Source: Oikopleura dioica (Eukaryota; Animalia; Chordata). From it: a stretch of 64,000 nt of DNA. Below are positions 34,393 to 44,877 of this stretch, in pieces. The notes beneath the pieces are model-generated. The model made no database searches. It was given only the letters and a program-made list of their open reading frames with translations, and was not told the DNA's origin. Every line of letters begins with the position of its first letter. Position 1 is the first letter of the stretch. The stretch lies in the NCBI GenBank assembly GCA_907165135.1, contig OU015568.1:10354001-10418000 (forward strand), written 5' to 3'. The translations under genes were made by a program, and so were the position numbers.

Positions 34393-37163
34393 GTGGGGAT
34401 GAGTTTTCATTGCAATATCGACCGGCCATAAAGCTAAGTGATAGACGAGAGTGTAAATTGTATGTATTATGCGGCGGTTTCATTATGCTACGAAGGCAGC
34501 TTGAATCGATTTTCAAATTCGTTTTTTGACAGTCGGGATAAAAATGAAGCATTACCAAGATAGGAAGGTTGCACCACGCGCCGCAACCTTGTAAATACTT
34601 AACTGACAGACAATTTATAAATTATGGAACAGTTGATACCTGTCGCTAGCGTATCAGTAACGTAATTTCGCTATCACAGTTTCACGGGCGGCTAAAATTA
34701 GCGCCGAGCGTGGGATTTCAAAAACGAAGATTATCGTTTTTTTCGACAGCTGCGAATTCCCGCGAGTTTTGTAACAGCTGACCTGATGAGACTTTACACC
34801 TTTATTTTTGTAAAGTAATAAATGATTGAACAATTTTGGCGTATTCACACTGTAACACTGTGCCAAAAAGTAAACTGGCAAGACTCGAGAAGTCTTCTCA
34901 CGGATTTACCCCGCTCGTTACTAATTCTTACTGTCATCGCAGCAGGCTTACAGTACCAACGTAACATTTCGGCGGTTACAAACTGCTCCCAAGTGCAGTT
35001 CCCAATTCCAGTCTGGAATTGATTCGAATTCGGGAATCAATAAAATTCAATCAATTTATGAAAACGGTGAATTGGGGCCGAATTTACTGTTGGTCGCTGA
35101 TAAAGGCAATTATTGATTCGACAGGTTATAAATTGTTCTCCCCGTTGATCGTGTTTCATCTGCCCTGCGGCGTGTGGAGCGCTTTGATTATGCCGAAATA
35201 AATTCATTTATTTCAATATTCATACCCTCAAATCCCGAAATGCTAACCGAACTTAAAATCGTTGTAAACAGCCAGATTGATGGCGTTACACAAAACGCAT
35301 GGCCTCATAACAGAATGAGCACGCTTTCTTGCTGCAATCAAAAGGAAAATTACTTCTTTGATCAACATTACATACAGAGTCATACAGAAAAGGGACCTAC
35401 TTCTTATCGATGCGAAGGACTCAACTTTTCTTAATGACACCCTTAATTTATGAGCGGATTTTAACCGTGTATCGATGAATATTCCCTTAGGAAAGACTTA
35501 ACGTTTTTTTTTTCTTTATGGTGTTATCTTGTTGTAAAAGTGCGCTGTTGCTAAAGTGATGACAGGTGTTTGTATCAGGATTACTGTATCAATATTTCGC
35601 GTCCATATGTTACAGTATCGAGTTATTGGTTTACTTCGGGAGTTTACTTTTCACGGTTGAGCTGGGGGATCGATCGCTCAACGAGAAATGATCCTCTGAA
35701 TTTTGTGTTTTTCGTTTTTCGGGTTCTAAAATCCGGAACTAAGTAATCCGTATTTGCAGTTCGTGTTCGGCCCCGGAAAGTCCCTTCACGATTGTCCGAT
35801 TCGATTCGATTTTTCACAATGATAAACCTAACGCATTCATGCGCAACTTGAGCGTATTTGTTTACAGAAAATAAATTCTCGCAATTTTGGACAGGTAAGA
35901 CCGCGATTTTGCGCCCGGCTAGGCACCAGAATCTCATTGCATAAATATGGAGACAGACTTTCTAGTGCGTAATGATTGAATGACTTCGCACCATTTTCGG
36001 AATTTCATGAGAAGCATCCATCAGAATTATGTCACTTGGAAATTCAAAGGAAAAAGTTCTGTTCCCAATGTAACGCTACAGTAAGAATGTTAAGTCACGA
36101 TCAGTTTTTCGAGTCATGATGAAAATTTACCGTCTATTTTGCTGAAAACTGAAAGTCGGTACGAACACTGGATTTAGTTACAGTTCAGAATGGTTGACGA
36201 AAAAGTTCGTGGTATTGTATTTCGCGTAAAAACTCACTCGAAATGGTGCCATATCAATATCTATTTTAAAACTTTACTTCAGTGGCCATTTATGTGTCTG
36301 TCTCGGCAAAAGGACACCGCGTTTGGATATTGCTATCAGCTGATAATGCTTCTTTACCAAGGAAAAACACTTGGGCTCCCTTTTTTAAATGAAAGGCTTT
36401 GTACTATTTTTCGCATAAAATGAAACGTTATCGCGTGCCAGAAATGCGGGCTCTTTCTTTTTCTCTCACTGCCAGAGCCCAGAATATCGCAGGATGTAGT
36501 AAACAGGCCGCCAGGATATCAAGGGTTTACCCGGGGGAAATTCAAATGCATAAAAGGTTTTTACAGCGGGGCATAAGGATTAGCCAAGCAAAATTGATTT
36601 CTGAAAATATATAACAGATCGTATATTGCAGCGGGTAAGCTGCGGAACTGTATACAAAAATTTAAGCCCCCAATCGATGGGGATCTCGGACATTGATATC
36701 AAGGAAGAGTACCGACAAATAGCAGTTTTTTTATAGATGACTCTCTGATGATATTCTATCTGAAAATTTCGCGTAGGAATGTAATCAAGTGCTAATTCTT
36801 TACACTTGCATTAATTGTTATTTTACTTCCGCTAATATACTAACCTTTTATTAATTGGAACTTCTCGTGACTGAGCTCTAATGATAAGAGTAAAAATATG
36901 CGTGTGAGAAAATGCCATGTTATGCTCACCTCAGCCATAAATCCCTGTTGGGCTTATCGCTACGTAGTTTCATAATACCATAACGCGCTCTTGAGTTCTC
37001 CATCACTTTGCATGCCATGTTGAATCAGAGTTCACAACAGCATGTTATTCTTTATTTAAATATCTCATAAAAATAGTAAAGTATAGATGCACAGGTGTCT
37101 GAATTAGAAGGAAAATGAAATTGATTCACAGAAAAAAATCAGCACGGAAGAATGAGTCTCACT

Positions 37164-38270
37164 TTAAAGCTGTTCAGAGTCCTCAGTAGTTACGTTTCTC
37201 TCCCCGTAAGACTTTTCTCTGTCATCTTCAGGCCAATGGGCGAGAACGTAAAAAAGATAGATGATGCCAGCAACGCATCCTCCAAGCAACGAGCCGAGAA
37301 GAGGAACCCAGAAGAAATACTCGGAGTTGGTGCCAGAAATTCCAGAAAAGGCAGTCTCTCCATAAAGAAGACTTGCGAAGGATCGAGGGGCAAAGTCGCG
37401 AGCAGCATTAATTGCACCACTAAATTTTTGTTAAAAGTTTAGAACAGAAAGACTGTTTACCCAGCATTAGCTCCGTAAGCAAGACCGACTGTTGTTGCGC
37501 TCAAACCGATGATCAAAGGGGCCATTCCTTGTGGACCTCCATCATTGTTCTTCTTGTCAGTGACGGCCAAGACAGTTGTCGCTAGAATCGCAGAGCCGAT
37601 TATCTGGTCAACAAGCATTGTCAACTTAAAAATATGTTTATCTACGTTTTTTATATGTTTTACTTGGGAATTCGGCAAATTATTAGGGCATGTCGAATAC
37701 AAACAGCTGAATTGGTAGTCTTTAAATTGACTGGAACTTCCTGAATCGTAAGCGGTATTTTCCGCTTCTGAGTAGACCCAGTAAGACATAGCAGCGGCGA
37801 CAAACATGCCCAGGAATTGCGCCAAGAGGTACACAAGTGTTCCGATGATATTTTGGACCAATCCGGTACCCATCTTTTATAAGGTCAGAATTGTGAGAAC
37901 TCAAGACAAAGTAAACAGCGTCACTATTGAACTTTTGAAAATGTGACCATTCCTTTCCAAGTACAAAATGAGCCATCGTAACTGAAGGATTGAGGTGTCC
38001 TCCGGAAGCACCAGCGGAGAAGAAGATTCCAAGCGCAACGCCGAGTCCTCCGGCAAGGGCGCCGTGAATGCTACTGGCACCTCCATACCCGAGAAGACTG
38101 CTTGTCATGTGGGCAGCACCGATTCCGATGTAAGCGAGGATAAATGAACCTGCAATTATTTAATACTGAAAACGCATTTTTCGTAACTTACCGTGGAACT
38201 CAGCTAAGAATTGACGAACTCTGACATTTTTGATTTTCAATCTTCTTGAAACGATCGATTCGAGAGACAT
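37164..38270 (-). CDS. Aquaglyceroporin (AQP3/7/9/10 class) with atypical NPA motifs
   Basis: RQFLAEFHG, SGGHLNPSVT, YLLAQFLG, DQIIGSAIL, GAINAARDFAPR and FFWVPLLG. Asp after the second-motif Arg marks glyceroporins. Confidence 0.92.
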
Positions 38271-39563
38271 ATTCTTTTGACGATTTTCTCAGTGTGCTAG
38301 AAAATAAAATAAAAAAAATCAACAACTTTAGTTTTCGTTGTTTCGAAAAGTAATCCCATCTTTGTTGGGATTTTCTTTTGTGCCACTTACGAAATGTCAG
38401 GATCGACAGCAGATTAAAAATTAAAGCTCTCTTATATCTAAGGTAAAGTCTCAAAATATGATTTTCACAAGTTGGATCGCTGGCAATTTGTTTTTATCTG
38501 CCATGCAAATATAGATGCATTTTTATGAAGGGCAAGAATATTCTCGCGCGTCAAAATGTAGGGCGATCATATTCTCTTGAATTTCCGTTTTTTCTCAAAA
38601 TCATCGCGCTAATATTCTACCGATAGTAATCTGAACACAACGTGTCCCCTCTTCTCTGTTGTAAAAAATTCATACAAGGTGTCCTCTGTGCATACACAAG
38701 ACCCAATTGCTCAAGAAGCATTGAAAGCATTGGGCAACCTATATTTGCTTCCGTTTTCAAGACTTTTTACTGTCTTTTTATTTTTTGTTAAATAAACTTA
38801 CTCGATGAAGAAACCTTCTCTCTCGACTGCAGCAAAAAACTGAATGCGCTCAATCAACATCTCGCTAAGAATATATAACAGCGGGTAGACAAAGCCAGCT
38901 TTCGGATTCATCTTCTTTCGCTTCATGATGATATCCCTTGATCCAAAAATGTCGATCCTTCTATTCAAAGGTAGCGACAGCCTGACATGTGACAAAAGCA
39001 AGTCTCTACGCGCTGTGGTTTCTGAATGAGCCACCCTCGGGTTCATCGTTTCAGACAAGCCGGCATACTTTGAAGTACCAGAGTTTGTGAAGCCTTTCAG
39101 AATCATTTGTTTGAAATCCAAATGGCCTTGCTCTTAATACCATAAAACCAACGCGATCAGAGGCACCTGCGGTTTTCAAAAGAATTGAATTCGTGTAAAC
39201 TTGGTATTCTCCGAAATAATATGATGATTGTGCGTTTTTTCTAGGTTAATAATTATGAAAAATTTTCTGATGATAGGTTTGTGAATAAGTGTAATCCTCA
39301 ATATTGATCATTTTACACCGACAAATTTATATTTTATATGCCATCCGAATTCAGCTTTTTCTCCGACCAGAAAAACATTTGCGTTGCTTTATCTCCGAAA
39401 ACCCGGGTTCCGTCAGAATGGACTCATGATTTGGCTTCATTCAAATTTGAAGATTTGACATGACTTTCAGCATGTTGAATTTTCATTTTTGACGATTATT
39501 TGCTCGATAGATAGTGCTTCATTATTTAAAATGAAGGTTGATTTTTAGCCTAATTTATTTTAG

Positions 39564-40790
39564 CCGTGGCTCAGGAAACATGCAGTGGAATTGAGACTTA
39601 TAATCAAGATCTAACTGATAATGGCTTTTTACAGAGACTTGGCCAGGGACTAGAGATTGTTTTGTGAGAGTTTAAAAAGTGATTATGAAACCGCTTCAAA
39701 TTGTTTGTAAATGTTATGTTTGAAAACTCTAAACAAGGTTATTGCTGGACGAGGCTACCTCGGCGACGAGAGTAAAGGAAAACCCGCAGTTCCATACTGG
39801 GGCGGAGATTATGGCGAAGAAGGATCCGATCTTTTCCACAACCCCGATGATGTTATTCGACTTGGATGCAAACTCGGCTACCAGAATAGCATCGGAAAGC
39901 CATTCATGGGAACAAAGTGTCTCTGTACTGACGGGGTCTGCCAGTGGACCATGAACAACCCCGACTTTTCTTGCGTCTCCAACGATAATGAAGTCTCCAT
40001 TCCAGTTTGGTCCGGCGGCACCTTCAACTTTATCAAGAGCACCTTCTCTAGGTAAGATAGCCGGAAGAATATACATGGTTTTTATTACCTAGGTATTTGG
40101 TCATGAAAACTCGAGTCTCCAACCTCCGAAACGTCGACAACTGGAGCCACGATCAGATCGACCACGTTGCTCATCCAGAATATCTCACACAACAGTTCTG
40201 GGATGATTCTGAATCGACACTCTTTGTATTCTGGTAGAACATTTCCTTATGTATCCCATAGACACCTATTTTAGTCCTTTTGATGTCACTCTCGGTGGAA
40301 TCAATGGAGGAGACGGCAGAATCGCCTTCGCAGACTGGTATCCATCAGAACAGTCTTCAGATGGAAGGCTTTGGTCTTTCTTGTCTCGAGAGGGAACAAG
40401 AGTGAATAGACAGAAATGCGAGCTTGTCGAAGGAGCCCTTTCTTGCACGACAAAGAGTAGTTATTACAAAGGTAGGAATAAACATTTGTTGTTGGCTATT
40501 TATGAAATTTTAGGATACATTGATTGGTCTGCAGATAATTCTGAACGAGGACCCATCGAAATTCATACAGGATTTACTGCTGGAGGAAACGACTACTCCT
40601 GCGAGACTGGTAATAATCGAAATTCGAGTCCGCGATAACAAACAATATTTTAGGTATTCTTCCTGGACATCATCCGGATGCGATCGCCAAATTGCAGCAA
40701 TATTTCCCAATTTTCGCAGACGGAGATTTCTCAAAGATGGTCAATTATTTAAGAAATCCTCCATTCGATGATACATTCACGTTGAACTAA
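39564..40790 (+). CDS. Cys-containing, probably secreted protein of unknown family (sushi-like module); start unresolved
   Basis: Several phase-compatible exons. The C-K-L-G-Y...C-L-C-T-D-G-V-C-Q-W...S-C segment resembles a sushi/CCP-like fold. Ends ...DDTFTLN*. Confidence 0.6.
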
Positions 40791-40949
40791 AATAAATGAC
40801 CATTGTAACATACGTGAATCTTTTCTCTCGTTGTTTTTTATCAATATAAAAACGATTTTGATGCAGTATATAGACGCTGAGTTTTTCGACTTGTTTGTCA
40901 TTAATTTTTTTTTTCTAGAATTAAATTTAACACAATGTTCGAGCAAATG

Positions 40950-43493
40950 CTAATCTAAGCTGTATGCAATAGAATACGTCGATGGAAATTCCATCGGCAG
41001 AAGAAACTCGCTAATTTGAACTGTCTTCGTCTTTTCGTCGAAGAAAAATCTCTCGATTTCACTCTCGCCAATGGCATAGATCAGATTATCGTAGTGAGCA
41101 ACAGCAGCATTCGTGTATTTCTTAGAAAAATAATATAATTGTTAAAAAAAATATCCTACTTTTTGAAGATGTCCTAGCTTCGACCAGCTTTTGAGGATTG
41201 AATAAAATGATAAAAAACCAGTGCTACGCAGCTAACCGCGCACGATGCGACAGTTCCCTCCCGAAACGCGGTATTCCAACCCGGTCGCCCGAGGGAAGTA
41301 CTAACCCCGCCCGTCGTAGTTTGACTTCGGAGATCGAGCGGGAACTGGCCCAGCCTGCGCGATCCGCCGCGAAGCGATGATTCACCATTTTTGAGCATAT
41401 ATGAATCAATTTTCAAAAATAATTATTTTGAGAAAATTATTTTTGATTGAAAAACTCATCTGTTACTATATTTATTAACCCAATAGCTTAATTTCCTCAA
41501 TTTGTATTTATAATTTATAAACTTTAAGTTTTTAAAAAATAACGAATCCGTTCCTTGCTTCAGTATTTAGAAGATAAATTGAAGCTGTGTCCTCATTTCC
41601 ACCACCTAGAGTCATCATGCTTCCATCCGGTAAACTGATACAGGTAATACCAATAGTAGGTCTATCATAAAAAATATTTAACTTTTTATGATAATAAAAC
41701 ATACTGGCCGACGAGCATTTGAGTTCCAGAGGACCATGTCGATTCGAAAATTTCAACAAGGGAATTATCCCCAGCTCCAAGTATCCCGCCTCCAAGAGCT
41801 ATTGAAATTTAGTTATTTATAAACTTTTTCCATATTCTTACCGGTAATTTTCCCTAAGAAAAGCCCTAAAGCACCCATAAAGTGTTCAGAAGGAGTGTCA
41901 ACTCCAAGTTCTTCAACTTTTTCACCATTGAATACCTGGCATTTACTCAAATTTGGCCTGGATTCTGCTGAGAAACATAAATAAACTAGAAGAATTGTGA
42001 CTTTAAAATAAAACGAAAATTTTTTACCCTCTGCGAAATCGTTAGTAGTCTGGATTGCCTGAGACTTTTGCTGACTGAGAATGTTCCAAAATCAAATTCA
42101 AATATAAGTTATTAAAAAGGCTCTCGTAAGTATTGAAACCGTTCGTAAAGAGAAGTTTCAAATCAATCTTTTCAATTGTGATTCCCTCTAATTTCGATAT
42201 CTAAAAATTTTCAAAATATAAAATGCTTTTTCAAATAACCTGTCTTCCATCTTCTAGTCCTCCAAATAAGTAGAGTGTATTTTTATAGACAGTACTTCCA
42301 ACATCGACAAGCCGAGTGATCCCATCTTCTGGGTAATTTATTGAACTCAGTGTTGCTTCTCCTGTTGTACTGATTGCAAGTCTTCCGAATTCGTTCATAA
42401 CAAAAAAGCCTTTCATTTGCTTGCTCGAAATTAAGTGTTGGAAGCAGGAAATCATGATTACCTGACAGTTTTGTCCAGCAAATCCAGCTTTGCACTTGCA
42501 CCTGTGTTTTCTGTACTTTTTATCGACAGTGCACTCGCCATAATTCTGACAGGGTTGATCAACACAAGGATTCTTCTCGCAATACTTTCCAAACGCGTAA
42601 TCTGGGCATTTGCACCACTGTTCTCGCTTGTAGACTTTGCATTCTCCGCCATTGTAGCAAGGGTTCACTTTGCAAAGTTCGTACTCGCAGATCTCCCCGT
42701 AGAATTTCGGCTTGCAAGTGCACTCAAATTGGTCTTGCGGTCGATCTGGCACATCTAATTGCGATTCATATGACTGGGAGACTTCACTTTCGCTATTTTC
42801 TTCTACGGTTCCATCTTCATTCGAAACGGGCTCCTCTTCTTCCTCATTCTGTTCCACACCATCCTCCCCAAGAAGATTACATACTCCATCGCTTCGGCAT
42901 GGATTTGGCTCGCAAGCGGATCTCTGATAATAACGCTCGCAAGATTTCTTTTATAAAATTTACCTCGCATAAATCACCATATCTTCCAAGAGGGCAGTCG
43001 CAGGTAAAACCGGGTCTCTTCTCATTGACCACACAGACCCCGCCATTGGTGCAAGGATTCGGGTCGCAATAAGCAATCTATTTTCTCTTGAATTCGTAAA
43101 ATTGATATTATTATTACTGTACCTCGCAATCTAGCCCGTGATGCGAATTCGGGCAGTCACATTCGTACGAGTACGTACTCTCGTCAACATAACACTTTCC
43201 TCCGTTCTTGCATGGATTGTCCTCGCAAGGCGAGAGCTCACAAAATTCACCGGTACTTTCTTCGTTGCAATCGCAGTCTATCACGTACATTGAGATAGTT
43301 TCGTTGACAATAGAACAGACTGCTTCATTTAGACAAGGACTCGGATCGCACGCTATAAACATCACCTTTATTCCGACAAAAAACGTTAACATCTACCAGT
43401 TTTCTTGAACTGCGTTGCCCAAACAGAGGCTAAGACGAACATAAACGCTATAATGCAGCATATTATCGTTCTCTTATTTTTTAAGAGCTCCAT
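40950..43493 (-). CDS. Type II membrane/secreted protein with 6 EGF repeats and Kelch-like beta-propeller repeats
   Basis: N-terminal anchor IICCIIAFMFVLASVWA and six C-x-x-x-P-C-x-N-G-G-x-C EGF units. Then LYLFGG, YLCF...CQVFNG, ALGGG, MTLGGG, WSKLGHLQK and LIYAIG blades. Confidence 0.82.
41256..41375 (-). ncRNA. 5S rRNA-like sequence (divergent 5S variant or 5S-derived Pol III RNA/SINE3-like) inside an intron
   Basis: Minus strand CCAGTTCCCGCTCGATCTCCGAAGTCAAACTACGACGGGCGGGGTTAGTACTTCCCTCGGGCGACCGGGTTGGAATACCGCG aligns colinearly with metazoan 5S positions ~28-108, including the loop E GTTAGTAC/GAATAC and a GNRA tetraloop. First T6 run at 41212-41217. Confidence 0.8.
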
Positions 43494-43687
43494 CCTCTAG
43501 CTCTGATTCGAATAAAGAAAATTTAGTGTTGCGTTACGTGCGATGAACTTTGAAGAGAATTAGAGGGACTCAGATTCGAAAAAGAAAACATAACAGCAAC
43601 TGGAATTTTACGATGCCTCTCGCCCTTCAAAGAAAACGCTCAAAGAGAGATAGAATTTTAAAAGTGTATTCCAATAGCAAAATAGTC

Positions 43688-44788
43688 TCAGTAGAAAAGT
43701 TTCATGTAGTTCAAATGCTTCTGATACTTTCGCATAACTCTATCCTCCACCATTTCGATGTTTCTGATTGATTTCATGTAAGACTTCGACGGCAGCTCAG
43801 GCTTCATAAAGGCTCGTTTCCTGAAGAACATTAAAATTGATATCAACGAAGACTCCTACCATTTCTTAGCAACTTGTCGGTCTCTTTCAACATCGTGGTC
43901 GTATCGTCCAACTCCAGGCGTGCAGGAAAGCGCACCAATATCAGGAGTTTCGTCATCAGAGTAAATGTCTTCATCAGCGTAGTAAGGGAAAGTTATGTTG
44001 TTTCGGAATCTCATCTTAATTTTTTGACTCTAAAAGTCGATTTGTGACTAACTAACCTGGCGAGGTTCACTTGAATTGAAGGGTTTCTTCGCAGGCTTGA
44101 ACTTCCTTGGTTCAGATATGATTGGCTGGTATTTAGCAGCTGGGGTAACTGTATGAAACGGGAGACTGAATTTCATTAGATTCATAAATCAGTAGAACAA
44201 GCTCACCGGAATCGTTCTTCTGTACGAGCACCACATGAGTATCCTTTCTTCGAACAAATCAAGTTACTTGCTTGATAAGAAAGTTCTTTTTGCTTTGGAA
44301 AATACTTCGTAACGCGGGGAGTTTTCGTATGAAATGGGGGCCTAAATGATGGATTCTTCGTCAGATAGCTGCTGTATTTCGTACCTGAATCTGCTCTCTG
44401 TTCGCGCACGACAAGAATATCCTTTTGTGGAGCAATGAAAATGCTTGGACTCATAAGCAATATTCTTCTGCAGCGGATGATAATTTGCTGGAGAGCAGTT
44501 AGGTGTCCCACGAATCGGAACTATTCGATTGCCGAGGAAGTCAAAGGGAGTATCGAAGGGGTACATTGGACGCTCACCATAGCAAAGGAAGGCACCATTT
44601 TTTGATTTTAAAAGCTTAACATCATTTATTCCTAACGCGTTCAAAACTAAGATACCTTGTCTTTTTATCCGCCTTCTCCTTCCCTCTCGGCATGTTCCGT
44701 GCGCCTTAGAAAAAACGAAACTAATCGGGTCAAACATGAAAAACTTTTGGGACGACGACCGTTCTAGAGACTTTGAGTCCTTATCCAT
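43688..44788 (-). CDS. PIFO: Pitchfork/CIMAP3-like ciliary protein
   Basis: LGNRIVPIRGTPNCSPANY, STKGYSCRARTESRFR, KPFN, PGVGRYD and C-terminal KYQKHLNYMKLFY* parallel PIFO (LGNKFxPLRGSPHRGPGCY, SxKGYTLGART..RF, ...AYLSLYY). 5' exon structure is uncertain. Confidence 0.72.
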
Positions 44789-44877
44789 CTTCAAGAATCT
44801 TGCGATTGAATTTATTTTATGAGAGCGCAGTGATAAATGGCTAAAGTGGTGGCAGTTAATTCCAATTGAACTATTTT

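Noticed and set aside
38798-39121. 107-aa minus-strand ORF upstream of the aquaporin
   Set aside because: No ATG-anchored coherent model or family match. It may be a real small gene, but cannot be supported.
41381-41395. TTCACCATTTTTGAG, head-to-head with the 5S-like element, resembles the start of the Oikopleura spliced leader as I recall it
   Set aside because: Only about 11 nt match, with no downstream leader, donor or Sm site. A similar partial match occurs near 2795, so it is probably chance. The recalled SL sequence would need verification.
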